A program made the position numbers and the translations under genes. Positions 25,901 through 43,900 of a stretch of DNA of 64,000 bases are shown here, piece by piece. Location: assembly GCA_964016885.1 (NCBI GenBank), contig OZ024744.1:43896001-43960000 (forward strand), written 5' to 3'. Every line of letters starts with the position of its first letter. Position 1 is the stretch's first letter. Below the pieces are notes generated by a model. That model searched no databases and had not been told where the DNA came from. It saw nothing but the letters and a program-made list of their open reading frames with translations. This stretch comes from Eledone cirrhosa (Eukaryota).

Positions 25901-28900
25901 ACAATTACGCAATCTGTTAGTTACCAATATTAGTATAACACCATCTGTTTGTTCCCAATACTAGTATTACACCGTCTGTTAATTAGAAAACTAGTATTAT
26001 TCTATTTGTTACTTACCAAAACTAGCATTACACCATCTGTTAGTTACCGATACTAGCATTACACCATCTGTTAGTTACCAATATTAGTACTACACCATCT
26101 CTTAGTTACCAAATCTAGTATTACAGCATCAGTTAGTTACCAATATTAGTATTACAGCATCTGTTCGTTACCAATACTAGGTTTACACTATCTGTTAGTT
26201 ACCAATACTAGTACTACACCATTTGTTAGTTACCAATACTAGTACTACGACATCTGTTAGTTACCTATACTAGTATTACACCATTTGTTAGTTACCAATA
26301 TTAGTATTACACCATCTGTTACTTAGAATAATAGTATTACAGAAACTGTTACTTACCAATATTAATATTACACAATTTGTTAGTTACCAATATTAGAATT
26401 ACACAATCTGTTAGTTACCAATATTAGTATTACAGCCTCTGTTAGTTACCAATATTAGTATTACACCGTCTGTTAATTAGAATACAAGTATTACTCGATT
26501 TTATACTTACCAAAAGGAGCATTACGCAATCTGTTATTCATCAATATTAGTACTACACCATCTGTTAGTTACCAAATTTAATATTAGACCATCTGTTAGT
26601 TACCAATACTAGTATTACACGATCTGTTAGTTACCAATACTAGTTTAACACCAACTATTAGTTACCAAAACTTGTAATACACCATCTGTTAATTACCAAT
26701 ACTAGTATTACGCTATCTGTTAGTTACCAATACAACCATTAAACCATCTTTTAGTTACTAATATTACTATTACACCATTTGTTAATTACTAAAACTAGTA
26801 ATACACCATCTGATAGTTACCAATACTAGTACTACACCATCTCTTAGTTACCAATATGAGTACTACACCATTTGTTAGTTAACAATACTAGTACTACACC
26901 ATTTGTTAGTTACCAATATTAGTACTACACCATTTGTTAGTGCCAATATTGGTATTACACCATCTGTTAGTTACCAAAATTAGTACTACACTAGTATTAC
27001 ACCACCTGTTAGTAAGAATACTAGTATTACACCATCTGTTAGTTACCAATACTAGTATTACACCATCTGTTAGTTACCAATATTGGGACTACACCATTTG
27101 TTAGTTACCAATACTAGAATTACACAATATGTTAGTTACCAATACTAGTATTACACCCTCTGGTAATTAGAATACTAATATTACTCCATTTTATCACCAA
27201 AACTACCATTACACCATCTGTTAGTTACCAATACTAGCATTACACCATCTGTTAGTTACCAATATTAGTACTACACCATCTGTTAGTTACCAATACTAGT
27301 ATTACACCACCTGTTAGTTACCTATACTAGTTAAAACCAACTATTAGTTATGAATACGCGTACTACATCATCTGTTAATTACCAATATTAGTATTACACC
27401 ATCTGTTAGTAACCAATACTTGTATTACACCATCTGTTAATTAACACTACTAGCATTACGCTATCTGTTAGGTAACAATACAAGCATTAAACCATCTTTT
27501 AGTTACTAATATTACTATTACACCATTTGTTAAGTACTAAAACTAGTATTACACCATCTGATAGTTGCCATACTAGTACTATACCATATGTTAGTTACCA
27601 ATATTAGTACTACACCATTTGTTAGTTACCAATACTAGTATTACATCATCTGTTAGTTAACAAAATTAGTACTACACTAGTATTACACCACCTGTTAGTT
27701 GGAATACTAGTATTACACCATCTGTTAGTTACAAATATTATTACTACACCATTTCACAGTTACCAATACTAGTATTACACCATAGGTTACTTACCAATAC
27801 TAGTAATGCACCATCTATCAGTTAATAATACTAGTATTACACCATTTGTTATCTACCCATACTAGTATTACACCATATTTTAGTTAACAATACTATTACT
27901 AAACTATGTGTTATTTACCAATAGTAGTACTACAAGATCTGTTAGTTAACAATACTAGTATTTCACCATCTGTTAGTAAGAATACTAGTATTACACCATT
28001 CTGTTATTTACCAATATTAGTATTACTCCATCTGGTATTTACCAATACTAGTATTACTCCATTTGTCAGTTACCAATACTAGCATAACACCATCTTTTAG
28101 TTACCAATATTAGTATTACACTATCTGTTAGTTACCAATACTAGTACTACACCATTTTTGTTAGATACCAATACTAGTATTGCACCATCTAGTTCTTAGA
28201 ATAAGAGTATTACACCATTTGTTACTTATCAATATTAGTATTACTCCATCTGTTACTTAGAATGAGAGTATTATTCCATATGTTATTTACCAATATTAAA
28301 AATATACCATTTTTAATGACCAATGCTAGTATTACACCATCTGTTAGTTAACAATACTAGTATTACACCATCTGTTAGTTACTAATACTAGTATTACACC
28401 ATTTGTTAGTTACCAACAATAGTACTACACAATTTGTTAGTTACGAATACTAGTACTACACCATCTGTTAGATACCAATACTAGTATTACTCCATCTGTT
28501 AGTTACCAATATTAGTATTACAGCACATGTTAGTTACCAATACTAGTATTACACCATTTGTTAGTTACCAACAATAGTACTACACAATTTGTTAGTTGCG
28601 AATACTAGTACTACACCATCTGTTAGATACCAATTCTAGCATGACACCTTCTGTTAATTACCAATATTAGTATTACACACTATCTATTAGTTACCAATAC
28701 TAACATTACACCATATATTAGTTACCAATATTAGTATTACACCATATATTAATTACCAATTTTAATATTTCACCATTTGTTAGTTACCAATACTAGTATT
28801 ACGCCATCTGTTAGTTACCAATACAAGCATTAAACCATTTTTTAGTTACCAATATTACTATTACACCATTTGTTAGTTACCAATACTAGTATTAAACCAT

Positions 28901-31900
28901 CTGTTACTTACCAATACTAGTACTGCACCATCTGTCAGTTAACAATACTAGTATTACACCATCTATTATATACCAATATTAGTATTACAGCATCAGTTAG
29001 TTACAATACTAGTATTACACCATCTGTTAGATACCAATACCAGTATTACACCATCTGTTAGTTACCAATACTAGAATTACTCCATCTGATAGTTATCAAT
29101 ACTATTACTAAACTATGTGTTATTTACCAATACTACAACATCTGTTAATTAACAATACTACTATTACACCATCTATTAGTAAGAATACTAGTATTACACC
29201 ATTTTGTTAGTTACCAATATTAGTATTACTCCCTCTGGTAGTTACCAATACTAGTATTATACCATATGTTAGTTACCAATACTAGAACTACACCATCTGT
29301 TATTTACCAATATTAGTATTACTCCATTTATCAGTTACCATCAGTAGAATCACACAATCTGTTAGTTACCAATACTAGCATTATTTTACGTGTTAGTTAT
29401 AAATACTAGTATTACACCATCTGTTAGTTAACAATACTAGTACTGCACCATCATTCAGTTAAAAATACTAGTATTACACCATCTATAAGTTACCAATATT
29501 AGTATTACAGCATCAAGTAGTTACCAATACTAGTATTACACCATCTGTTAGTTACCAATATTAGTATTACCAATTTGTCTGTTACCAATACTAGCATAAC
29601 ACCATCTTTTAGTCACCAATATTAGTATTATACGATCTGTTAGTTACCAATACTAGCTTTACACTATCTGTTACTTACCAATACTAGTACTACAACATTT
29701 TTGTTAATTACCAATACTAGTATTGCACAATCTTGTACTTAGAATAAGAGTATTACACCATTTGTTACTTACCAATATTAGTATTACACCAGTTGTTACT
29801 TAGAATAAGAGTATTATTGCATCTGTTACTTACCAATATTAATAATATACCATTTGTTAGTTACCAATGCTAGTATTACACCATCTGTTAGTTGCCAATA
29901 TTAGTATTACAGCTTCTGTTAGTTATCAATACTAGTATTACACCATCTGTTAGCTACTAATACTAGTATTACACAATCTGTTAGCTACCAGTACTAGTAT
30001 TATTCCATATGTTAGTTAGCAATACTAGTATTACACCATTTGTTACCAATACTAATACTACCCCATCTGTTACATAACAATTCAAGCGTGACACCATCTG
30101 TTAGTTACCAATACTAGTATTACACTATCTGTCAGTTACCAATACTAACATTACACCATTTGTTACAACATATTTTAGTTACAAAGTACTATACAATCTG
30201 TTAGTTAACAATAAGTGTATTACACCATCTGTTAGTTAGAATACTAGTATTACACCAATTGTTAGTTATCAATTCTGCCATTACAACATCTGTTAGTTAC
30301 CAATATTAATATTACACCATTTGATAGTTACCAATACTAGTAATACGCCATATATTAGTTACCAATATTAGTATTACACCATCTGTTAGTTAACACTACT
30401 AGTATTACACCATATGTTAGTTACCAATATTAGCATTACATTATATGTTAGTTACCAATACTAGTACTACACCATCCGTTAGTTACCAATATTACTATTA
30501 CACCATCTATTAGTTACTAATACTAGTATTACACCATCTATAAGTTACCAATATTAGTATTACAGCATCAGGTAGTTACCAATACTAGTATTACGCCATC
30601 TGTTTGTTACCAATATCAGTATTACTCCATTTGTCTGTTACCAATACTAGCATAACACCATATTTAAGTTACCAATATTAGTATTACACCATCTGTTAGT
30701 TACCAATACTAGTACTACACCATTTTTGTTAGTTACCAATACTAGTATTGCGCCATCTTGTACTTAGAATAAGAGTATTACACCATTTGTTACTTACCAA
30801 TATTAGTATTACACCATCTTGTACTTAGAATAAGAGTATTATTCCATCTGTTACTTACCAATATTAATAATTTACCATTTGTTGGTTACCAATGCAAGTA
30901 TTACACCATCTGTTACTTACAAATATTAGTATTAGAACATATGTTAGTTATCAATACTATTATTACAGAATCTGTTTGATAGCAATATTAGTATTACACC
31001 ATCTGTTAGTTACCAATTCTAATATTACACCATATATTAGTTAACAATACAAGTACCACAATATCTGTTAGTTAACAATAATAGTATTACAACATATGTT
31101 AGTAAAAATACTAGTATTACACCATTCTGTTAGTTTCCAATATTAGTATTACTCCTTCTGTTAATTACCAATACTACTATTACAACACATGTTAGTTACC
31201 AATACTAGTACTACACCATCTTTTAACTACCAATAGTAGTATTACACCATCTGTTAGTTACCAATACTAGTACAGCACCATCTGTTAGTTACCAATACTA
31301 GTATTAACCCCTCTGTATATTAAAATACTAGTATTACTCCAATTGTCATTTACCAATACTAGCATTACACCATCTTTTAGTTACCACTATTAATATTACA
31401 CCATCTGTTAGTTACCAATATTAGTATTACAGCAACTGTTAGTTAACAATACCAGCTTTACACAATCTGTTAGTTACCAATACTAGTACTACACCATTTG
31501 TTATTTACCAATACTACTACTACACCATTTTGTTAGTTACCACTACTAGTTCTACACCATCTGTTAGTTACCAATACTAGTATTACACAATCTGTTAGTT
31601 ACCAATATTAGTATTACAGCATCGGTTAGTTACCAATACTAGCATTACACTGTCTGTTAATTAGAATACTAGTATTACTGAATTTGTTACTTACCAAAAC
31701 TAGCATTACTCCATCTGTTAGTTACCAATATTAGTACTACACCATCTATTAGTTACGAATAGTAGTACTACACCAATTATTAGTTACCAATATTATTATT
31801 ACATCGTCTGTTATTTAGAATACTAGTATTACACCATCTGTTAGATATCAATACAAACATTAAACCATTTTTAGTTACCAATATTAGTATTACTCAATCT

Positions 31901-34900
31901 GGTAGTTACCAATACTAGTATTACACCATTTGTCAGTTACCAATACTAGCATATCAATATTTTTAGCTACCAATATTAGTATTACCTCATCTGTTAGTTA
32001 CCAATACTAGATAACACTATGTGTTAGTTACCAATACTAGTACTACACCATTTTCGTTAGTTACCAATACTAGTATTACACTATCTGTTACGTAGAATAA
32101 GAGTATTACACCATTTAATACTTACCAATATTAGTATTACACCATCTGTTACTTATAATAAGAGTATTATTCTATCTGTTACTTATCAATATTAATAATA
32201 TACCATGTGTTAATTACCAATGCTAGTATTACACCATCTGTTAGTTGCCAATATTAGTATTACAGCATCTGTTAGTTACCAATACGAGTATTACACCACC
32301 TGTTAATTACTAATTCTAGTATTACACCATCTGTTAACTACCAATACTAGTATTACTCCATCTGTTAGTAACCAATATTAGTATTACAGCACATGTTAGT
32401 TACCAATACTTTTATTACAATATCTGTTAGTTACCAATACTAACAATACACCATCTGTTAGTTACTAATATTAGTATTACACTATATGTTAATTACCAAT
32501 ACTAGTATTGCGCCATCTGTTAGTTACCAATAATAGTACTACACCATCTGTTAGTTACCATTACTATTATTACATCAGCTGTTAGTTCGAATACTAATAT
32601 TATACCATCTGTTAGTTACCAATATTAATATTACACCATTTGTTAGTTACCGATACTAGTATTACGCCATCTGTTAGTTACAAACATTAGGATTATACCA
32701 TCTGTTAGTTAACAATACTAGTATTACACCATCTGTTAGTTACCAATACTAGCATTACATTATCACTTAGTTACCAATACTAGTACTACACCGGCTGTTA
32801 GTTAGCAATACTAATACAACATCATTTGTTACTTACCAATACCAGTACTACACCATCTGTTATTTAGAATACTAGTATTATACCATATGTTAGTTACCAA
32901 TACTAGTATTACACCATATTTTAGTTAACAATACTAGTACTAGACCATATTTTAGCTAACAATAGTAGTATTACACCATCTGTTAGTTACCAGTACTAGT
33001 ACAGCACCATCTGTTAGTTACCAATACTAGTATTAACACCTCTGTTAATTAGAATACTAGTATTACTCCATTTGTCATTTGCCAATACTAGCATTACACC
33101 ATCTGTTAGTTACCAATACTAGCTTTACACTATCTCTTAATTACCAGTACTAGTATTACACCACTGTTAATTACAAATACTAGTACTACACCATTTTATT
33201 AGTTACCAATACTAGTTCTACACCATCTTTTAATAAACAATATTAATATTACAACATTTGTTAGTTACCAATACTAGAATTACACCATCTGTTAGTTACC
33301 AATATTAGGACTACACCATCTGTTATTTATCAGTACTAGTACTACACCATCTGTTAGTTACCAATACTAGTATTACACTATTTGTTAGTTACCAATATTA
33401 GTATTACACCATCTGTTACTTAGAATAATAGAATTACACCAACTGTTTCTTAGCAATATTAGTATTACACCATTTGTTACTTACCAAAACTAGCATTACA
33501 CCATCTCTTAGTTACCAATACTAGAATTACACCATCTGTTAGTTACCAATATTCGGACTACACCATCTGTTAGTTATCAGAACTAGTACTACACCATTTG
33601 TTAGTTAACAATATTAGTACTACACCATTTGTTAGTTACCAATATTAGTACTAAACCATATGTTAGTTACCAATACTAGTATTTCACCATCTGTTAATTA
33701 GAATACTAGTATTACTCCATTTGTTACTTACCAAAGCTAGCATTACACCATCTGTTAGTTACCAATTCTAGCATCACACCATCTGTTAGTTACCAATATT
33801 CGTACAAGACCATCTGTTAGTTACCAAATCTAGTATTAGACCATCTGTTAGTTACCAATACTAGTATTACACCATCTGGTAGTAACCAATACTAGTTTTA
33901 CACCAAATATTAGTTACCAATACGAGTACTACACCATTGTTAGTTACCAATATTAGTATTACACCATCTGTTAGCTACCAATAATAGTATTACACCATCT
34001 GTTAGTTACCAATATTAGTATTACATCATCTGTTAGTTACCAATACTAGTATAACACCATCTGTTAGTTATCAATGCTATTACTAAACTATGTGTTATTT
34101 ACCAATTTTATTATTACTCCATCTGTTAGTAACCAATATTAGTACTACACCATCTGTTATTTACCAAATCTAGTATTAGACCATCTTTTAGCGAGCAATA
34201 GTAATATTACACCATATATTACTTACGAATACTTTTACTACACCATATGTTAGTTACCAACTCTAGTACTGCACCATCTGTTAGTTACCAATACTAGTAT
34301 TACACAGTCTGTTAATTAGAATACTAGTATTACTCTATTCGTCAGCTACCAATGCTAGCATTACACCATCTTTAATTACCAATATTTATATTACACCATT
34401 TGTTAGTTACCAATACTAGTATTACACCGTCTGTTAGCTAGAATTACACCATGTGTTAGTTACCAATATTAGTATTACACCGTCTGTTAATTAGAATACT
34501 AGTATTACTCTATTTGTTAGTTCCCCAAACTAGCATTACACCATCTGTTATTTACCAATACTATCATTACACCATCTGTTAAATACCAATATTAGTACTA
34601 CACCATCTGTTAGATACCTTTACTAGCATTACACCATCTGTTGGTTAACAATACTAGTATTACACCATCTGTAAGTTACACATATTAGTATTACACCATA
34701 TGTTATTTACCAATACTAGTATTACACCATCTATTAGTTTCAAATACTAGTACTACACCATCTGTTAGTTACAAATATTAGTACTACAACATTTGTTATT
34801 TAACAATACTAGTACTACACCGTTTGTTAGTTACCAATATTAGTACTACACCATTTGTAGTTACCAATACTGGTTTTGCACTACCTGTTAGTTAGAATAC

Positions 34901-37900
34901 TAGTATTACACCATCTTAGTTAACACTATTAAAAGTACACCATCTGTTAGTTAGAATACTAGTATTACACCATCTGTTAGTTACCAATACTAGTACTACA
35001 CCATCTGTTAGTCTCTTAGTTACCATTACTATTATTACACCAGCTGTTAGTTAGAATACTAGTATTACACCATCTGTTAGTTACCAATATTAATATTACA
35101 CCATTTGTTAGTTACCAATACCAGTATTACGCCATCTGTTAGTTACAAATATTAGTATTATACCATCTGTTAGTTAACAATACTAGTACTACACCATCTG
35201 TTAGTTACAAATACTAGTATTACACCGTCTGTTATTTAGAATACTAGTATTACACCATCTGTTAATTACCAATACTAGTATTACACTATCTGTTAATTAC
35301 AAATCTTAGTATTACAACATTTGTTAGTTACCAATATTAGTACCACATCATTGCTCAGTTACCAATACTAGTGTTACACCATCTGTTAGTTAACAATACT
35401 AGTACTGCACCATCTGTCAGTTAACTATACTAGTATTCCACCATCTATAAGTTACCAATATTTGTATTACAGCATCAGGTAGTTACCAATACTAATACTA
35501 CCCCATCTGTTAGTTACCAATACTAGTATTACACCATCTGTTATTTACCAATACTAGTACTACAACATCTGTTAATTAACATTACTACTATTACACCATC
35601 TGTTAGTAAGAATACTAATATTACACCATTCTGTTAGTTACCAATATTACTAATACTCCATCTGGTAGTTACCAATACTAGTATTACACCATATATTAGT
35701 TAACAATACTAGTACTACTCCATCTTTTATCTACCAATAGTAGTATTACACCATCTGGTAGTTACCAGTACTAGTACAGCACCATCCGTTAGTTACCCAA
35801 ACTAGTATTAACACCTCTGTTAATTAGAATACTAGGATTACTCCATTTGTCATATACCAATACTAGCATTACACCATCTTCTAGTTACCAATATTAGTAT
35901 TACACCATCTGTTAGTTACCAGTAATAGTATTACACCATCTGTTAGTTACCAACACTAGTTTTACACTATCTGTTAGTTACCAATACTAGTTCTACACCA
36001 TCTGTTAGTAAACAATATTAGTATTACACCATTTGTTAGTTACCAATACGAGAATTACACCATCTCTTAGTTACCAATATTAGGACTACACCATATGTTA
36101 GTTAGTAGTACTAGTACTACACCATCTGTTAGTTACCAATACTAGTATTACACTATTTGTTATTTACCAATATTAGTATTACACCATCTGTTAGTTACTA
36201 ATATTGGTATTACACCATCTGTTACTTACCAAAACTAGCATTACACCATCTCTTAGTTACCAATACTAGCATTACAGCATCTGTAATTACCAATATTAGT
36301 ACTACACCATCTGTTAGTTACCAAATATAGTATTAGACCATCTGTTAGTTACCATTACTTGTATTACACCATCTGTTAGTAACCAATACTAGTATTACAC
36401 CATATGTGAGTTACCAATACTTGTATTACACCATCTATTAGTTTCCAATACTAGTACTACACCATCTGTTAGTTAATACTACTAGTATTACACCATCTGT
36501 TAGTTACCAATATTAGTACAACACCATTTGTTAGTTAACAATACTAGTACTACACCATTTTATTAGTTACCAATATGAGTACTACACCATTTGTTAGTTA
36601 CCAATACTAGTATTACACCATCTGTTAGTCAACAAAATTAGTACTACACTAGTATTATACCACCTGTTAGTTCGAATACTAGTATTACAGCATATGTTAG
36701 TTACCAATATTAGTATTACACCATTTTTTAGTTACCAATACTAGTATTACACCATCTGGTAGTTACCAATACTACTACTGTGCCATCTGTATGTTAACAA
36801 TACTAGTATTACACCATCTATTCGTTACCAATATTAGTAATAGAGCATCAGGTAATTACCAATACTAGTATTATTCCATCTGTTAGTTACCAATAGTAGT
36901 ATTACACCATCTATTACTTAACAAAACTATTACTAAACTATGTGTTATTTACCAATACTTGTACTACACCATTTTGTTAGTTACCAATACTATTCATACA
37001 CCATCTGTTAGTAAACAATATTAGTATTACACCATCTGTTAGTTACCAATACTAGTATTACATCATCTGTTAGTTACCAATATTAGTATTAAACCAACTG
37101 TTATTTAGAATAATAGTATTACAACACCTATTACTTACCAATATTATTATTACACCATTTGTTAGTTACGAATATTAGAATTACACATCTGTTAGTTACC
37201 AGTATTAGTATTACACCATCTCTTAGTTACCAATACCTTATTACACCGTCTGTTTATTATAATACTAGTATTACTCCATTTGTTACTTACCAAAACTAGC
37301 ATTACATCATCTCTTATTTACCAATATCAGTACTACACCATCTGTTAGTTACCAATACTAGTATTACACCATTTGTTAGTTACCGATACTAGTATTACAC
37401 CGTCTGTTAGCTAGAATTCCACCATGTGTTAGTTACCAATACTCTTTCTACACCAATTGTTAGTTACCAATACTAGTATCACACCGTCTGTTAATTAGAA
37501 TACTAGTATTACTCCATTTGTTAGTTACCAAATCTAGCATTACACCATCTGTTAAATACCTATATTAGTACTACACCATCTATTATATACCATTACTAGC
37601 ATTACACTATCTGTTAGTTACCAATACTAGTTCTACACCATTAGTTAGTAAACAATATTAGTATTACACCATTTGTTAGTTACCAATACTAGAATTACAC
37701 CATATGTTAGTTACCAATATTAGGACTACACCATTTGTTAGTTACCAATACTAGTATTACACCGTCTGTTATTTTGAATATTAGTATTACACCATTTGTT
37801 AGTTACCAATACAAACATTCAACCATTTTGAGTTATCAATATTACTATTACACCATCTGTTAGTTACTAATACTAGTATTACCCCATCTGTTAGTTACAA

Positions 37901-40900
37901 TACTGCTATTACACCATCTGTTAGTTACCAATGTTAGTACTACACCATTTGTTAGTTAATAATACTAGTACTACACCATTTGTTAGTTACCCATATTAGT
38001 ACTACACCATCTGTTAGTTACCAATATTAATATTACACCATCTGTTAGTAACCAATACTAGTTTTACACCAAATATTAATTACCAATACGAGTACTACAC
38101 CATCTGTTAGTTACCAATACTAGTATTACACCATCTGTTAATAAGAATACTAGTATTACAGCATTCTTTTAGTTACCACTATTATTATTATTCCATATGG
38201 TAGTTACCAATACTAGTATTACACCATTTGTTAGTTAACAATACTAGTACTACACCAACTTTTAGCTACCTATAGTAGTATTACACCATATGTTACTTAC
38301 GAATACTAGTACTACACCATATGTTAGTTACCAACTCTAGTACTGCACCATCTGTTAGTTACCAATAGTATTATTACACAGTCTGTTAATTAGAATACTA
38401 GTCTTACTCCATTTGACAGCTACCAAAACTAGCATTATACCATTTGTTAGTTACCAATAATAGCATTACACCATCTGTTAAATACCAATATTAGTACTAC
38501 ACCATCTGTTAGATACCATTACTAGCATTACACTATCTGTTAGTTACCAATACTAGTATTACACCATCTGTTAGTTACCAATACTAGTATTACACCATCT
38601 ATTAGTTTCCAATAATAGTACTACACTATCTGTTAGTTAATACTACTAGTATTACACCATCTGTTAGTTACCAATATTAGTACTACACCATTTGTTAGTT
38701 AACAATACTAGTACTACACCATTTGTTAGTTACCAATATGAGTACTACACCATTTGTTAGTTACCAATACTAGTACTACACCATCTATTAGTCAACAAAA
38801 TTAGTACTACACTAGTTTATACCACCTGTTAGTTAGAATACTAGTATTACACCATATGTTAGTTACCAATATTAGTATTACACCATTTCTTAGTTACCAA
38901 TACTAGTGTTACACCATCTGGTAGTTACCAATACTAGTACTGCGCCATCTGTAAGTTAACAATACTAGTATTACACCATCTATTAGTTACCAATATTAGT
39001 ATTAGAGCATCAGATAATTACCAATACTAGTATTACTCCATCTGTTAGATACCAATATTAGTATTACACCATCTATTACTTAACAAGTGTAGAATTACAC
39101 ATCTGTTAGTTACCAGTATTAGTATTACACCATCTGTTAGTTGCCAATACTAGTATTACACCGTCTGTTTATTAGAATACTAGTATTACTTCATTTGATA
39201 CTCACCAAAATAGCATACACCATCTCTTAGTTACCAATATTAGTACTACACTATCTGTTTGTTAACAATACTAGTACTACACCATCTGTTAGTTACCAAT
39301 ACTAGTATTACAGCATTTGTTAGTTACCGATACTAGTATTACACCGTCTGTTAGCTAGAATTACACCATGTGTTAGTTACCAATACTCTTACAACACCAT
39401 TTGTTAGTTCCCAATACTAGTATTACACCGTCTGTTAATTAGAATACTAGTATTTCTGCATTTGTTAGTTACCAAATCTAGCATTACACCATCTGTTAAA
39501 TACCAATATTAGTACTACACCATCTATTATATACCATTACTTGTATTACACCATCTATTACTTTCCAATACAAGTACTACAGCATGTGTTAGTTAATAAT
39601 ACTAGTATTACACCATCTGTTAGTTAGAATACTAGTTCTACACCATCTGTTATTTACCAATATAATCATTACATCATCTGTTACTTAGAATAATAATACT
39701 AGAACATCTGCTATTTACAAATATTAATATTACACCACCTGTTAGTTACCATTACTAGCATTACATTATCTGTTATTAACAAATACTAGTACTACACCAT
39801 CTGTTGGTTAACAATACTAGATTACAACATCTGTTAGTTACCGATGCTAGTATTACACCATCTATTAGATACCCATATTACTATTACACCATCGGTTAGT
39901 TAGTATACTATTATTACATCATATGTTAGTTACCAATACTAACATTACAACATATGTTAGTTACCAACACTAGTATTACACCATCTGTTAGTTACCAATA
40001 CTAGTATTACACCTTCTGTTAGTTATCAATACTAGTACTACATCTGTTAGTTACCAAAACTAGTACTACATCATCTGTTAACTACCAACACTAGTAATAC
40101 ACCATCTGTTTGTTACCAAACTAGTACTACACTATTTGTTAACTACCAATATTAGTACTACACGAATCTGCTAGTTACCAATAGTAGTACTACACCATCT
40201 GTTAGATACATAAACTAATATTACATCATCTGTTAGTTACCAAGACTAGTTCTACACCATCTTTTAGTTACCAATATTAGTATTACAACATCTGGTAGTT
40301 ACCAATACTAGTATTACATCTTATGTTAGTTACCATTACTAGTACTACACCATTTTACCTACTAATAGTTGTACTACACCATCTGTTAGTTACCAATGCT
40401 AGTATTATAGCGTCTGTTCATTAGAATAATATTATTACTCCATTTGTCAGTTACCAATACTAGCGTTACACCATCTTTTAGTTACCAATATTAGTATTAC
40501 ACCATCTGTTAGTTACCAATATTAGTATACATCATCTGTTAGTTACCAATACTAGCTTTACACTATCTGTTAGTTACCAATACTAGTACTACACTATGTT
40601 AGTTACCAATACTAGTATTACACTATCTTGTAGTTACCAATACAAGCATTAAATCATCTTTTAGTTACCAATATTGCTATTACACCATTTGTTAGTTACT
40701 AATACTAATATTACACCATCTGTTAGTTACCAATACTAGTATTACACCATCTGTTTGATAACAATGCTAGTGATACAACATCTGTTAGTTACCAATATTT
40801 TTACTATACCATTTGTTAGTTAATAATACTAGTACTACACGAGTTGTTAGTTACCAACATTAATATTATACAATCTGTTAGTTAACAAAAGTAGTACTAC

Positions 40901-43900
40901 ACTAGTATTACACCACCTGTTAGTTAGAATACTAGTATTACACCATCTGTTAGTTACCAATATTAGTATTACAATATCAGTTAGTTACCAATGCTAGTAT
41001 TACAGCAAATGTTAGATACCAATACCTGTATTACTCCATATGTTAGCTATGAATACTAGTATTACATAATCTGTTAGTTACCAATATTAGTATTTCAGCA
41101 TCTGTTAGTTACCAATACTAGTATTATACCATCTGTTAGTTACTAATAATATTACTAAACTATGTGTAATTTAATAATACTAGTACTACAACATCTGTTA
41201 GTTAACAATACTATTATTACACCATCTGTTAGTATGAATACTAGTATTACACCATTCTGTTAGTTACCAATACTAGTACTCCACCATCTGTTAATTAGAA
41301 TACTCTTATTTCTCCATTTGTCAGTTACAAATACTAGCATTACACCATCTTTTAGTTACCAATACTAGCTTTACACTATCTGCTAGTTACCAATACTAGT
41401 AATACACCATTTGTTAGTTACCAATACTAGTACTACACCATTTTGTTAGTTACCAATACAAGTACTACACCATCTGTTATTTAACAATACTATTATTCCA
41501 CGATCTTTTAGTTACCAATATTATTATTACGTCTGTTAATTAGAATACTAGTATTACTCCATTTGTTAGTTACCAAAACTAGTACTACACAATCTGTTAG
41601 TTACCAATATTAGTATTACACCATCTGTTAAATACCAATACTAGCATTAAACCATCTGTTAGTTACCAATACTAGTATTACACCATATGTTATTTACAAA
41701 TACTAACATTAAACCATCTGTTAGTTACACATATTAGTATTACACCATATGTTAGTTACCACTCCTAGTAACTGTTAACTACAAATACTAGTACTACACC
41801 ATCTGTTAGTTACCAATAATAGTACTACACCATCTGTTAGTTTACAATACTAGTATTACACCACCTGTTAGTTACCAATATTAGTACTAAAGCATTGTTT
41901 TGTTACCAATACTCGTATCACACCATCTATTATTTACCAATACTAGTATTACACAATCTGTTAGTTACCAATACTAGCTTTACACTATATGTTAGTTACC
42001 AATACTGGTATGACACTATCTGTTAGTTACCAATACTAACATTAAACCCTCTGTTATTTACCTAATATTAGTATTAGACCATCTGTTAGTTAGAATACCA
42101 GTATTACACTATCTATTAGTTACAAAAATTAGTACTACACCATCTTTTGGTTACCAATACTAGTATTACATCATCTGTTAGTTACGAATACTAGTATCAC
42201 ACCATCTGTTAGTAACCAAATCTAATATTACACCAAATGTTAGTTAACAATAATAGTATTACACCATATGTTAGTTAACACTACTAGTATTACACCATAT
42301 GTTAGCTACCAATATACTATTACAGTATATGTTTAGTTACCAATACTAATACTACGCCATCTGTTATTGACACAAACTAGTGCTTCAACATCTGTGCAGT
42401 TATCAATAATAGTAATAAACCATTTGTTATCTACCCAATCCAGTACTACACCATTTGTAAACTAACAAAACTATTACTGCACCATCTATTAGTTACCAAT
42501 ACTAGTACTACATCATCAATTAGTTTCTAAAACTAGTACTACATCATCTGTTAACTACCAAAACTACTATTACCTCATCTGTTAATTACCAATACTAGTA
42601 CTACATCATATATTAGCTACCAATGTTAGTACTACACCATCTGTTAATTTACATAAACTAGTATTACACCATATGTTAGTTAACATTACTAGTATTAGAC
42701 CATATGTTAGTTACCAATACTAGCATTACTCCATCTGTTAGTTACCAATACTAGTTTTGACCAACTATTAGTTACCAATACTAGTACTACACCATCTATT
42801 AGTTACCAATATTAGTATTACACCATCTGTTAGATATCAATACTCGCATTATACCATCTGTTAGTTACCAATACTAGTATTACACCATATGTTAGTTACC
42901 AATACTTGTATTACTCAATTTGTTAATTACCAATAGTGGCATTACACTATATATTAGTTACCAATACTAGTATTACACCATCTATTAGTTTCCAATACTA
43001 GTACTACACCATCTGTTAGTTAATAATACTAGTATTACACCATCTATTAGTTTCCAATACTAGTACTACACCATCTGTTAGTTAATAATACTAGTATTAC
43101 ACCATCTATTACACACCAGTATTAGTATTACACTAACTGTTAGTTTGAATACTAGTATTACACCATCTGTTAGTTACCAATACTAGCATTACACTATATG
43201 TTAGTTATACATATTAGTACTACACCTTCTGTTAGTTACCAATACTAGTACTACACAATTTGTTAGTTACCAATACTAGTATTACACCATATGTTAGTTA
43301 CCAATAGTAGCATTACACCTCATTTAATTACCAATATTAGTATTACACTATCTGTTAGTTACCAATACTAGTATTACACCATCTGCTAGTTACCAGTACT
43401 ACTCTTACACCATCTGTTACTTACCAATATTAGTACTACACCATCTGTTACTTACCAATACTAGCATTAGATTATATGTTACTTAACAATACTAGTATTA
43501 GACCATCTATTAGTTACCAATACTAGTACCACACCTTCTGTTAGTTACCAATACTAATAATACACCTTATGTTAACTACAAATACTAGTACCAAACCATA
43601 TGTTAGTTCCCAATACTAGTATTACACCATCTGTTAATTACAAATATTAGTACTAGACCATATGTTTGCTACCAAATCTAGTACTACATTATCTGTTAGT
43701 TACAAATACTAGTACTACACCATCTGTTAACTAACAAATCTATAACTACGCATTATGTTACTTACCATAGCTAGTTCTGCAGCATCTATTAGTTACCACT
43801 CCTAGTATTACAGCATCTGCTAACTACCAGTACTAGTACTACACCATCTGTTAGTTACCAATACTATTACTACACCATCTGTTAGTTTGCAATACTAGTG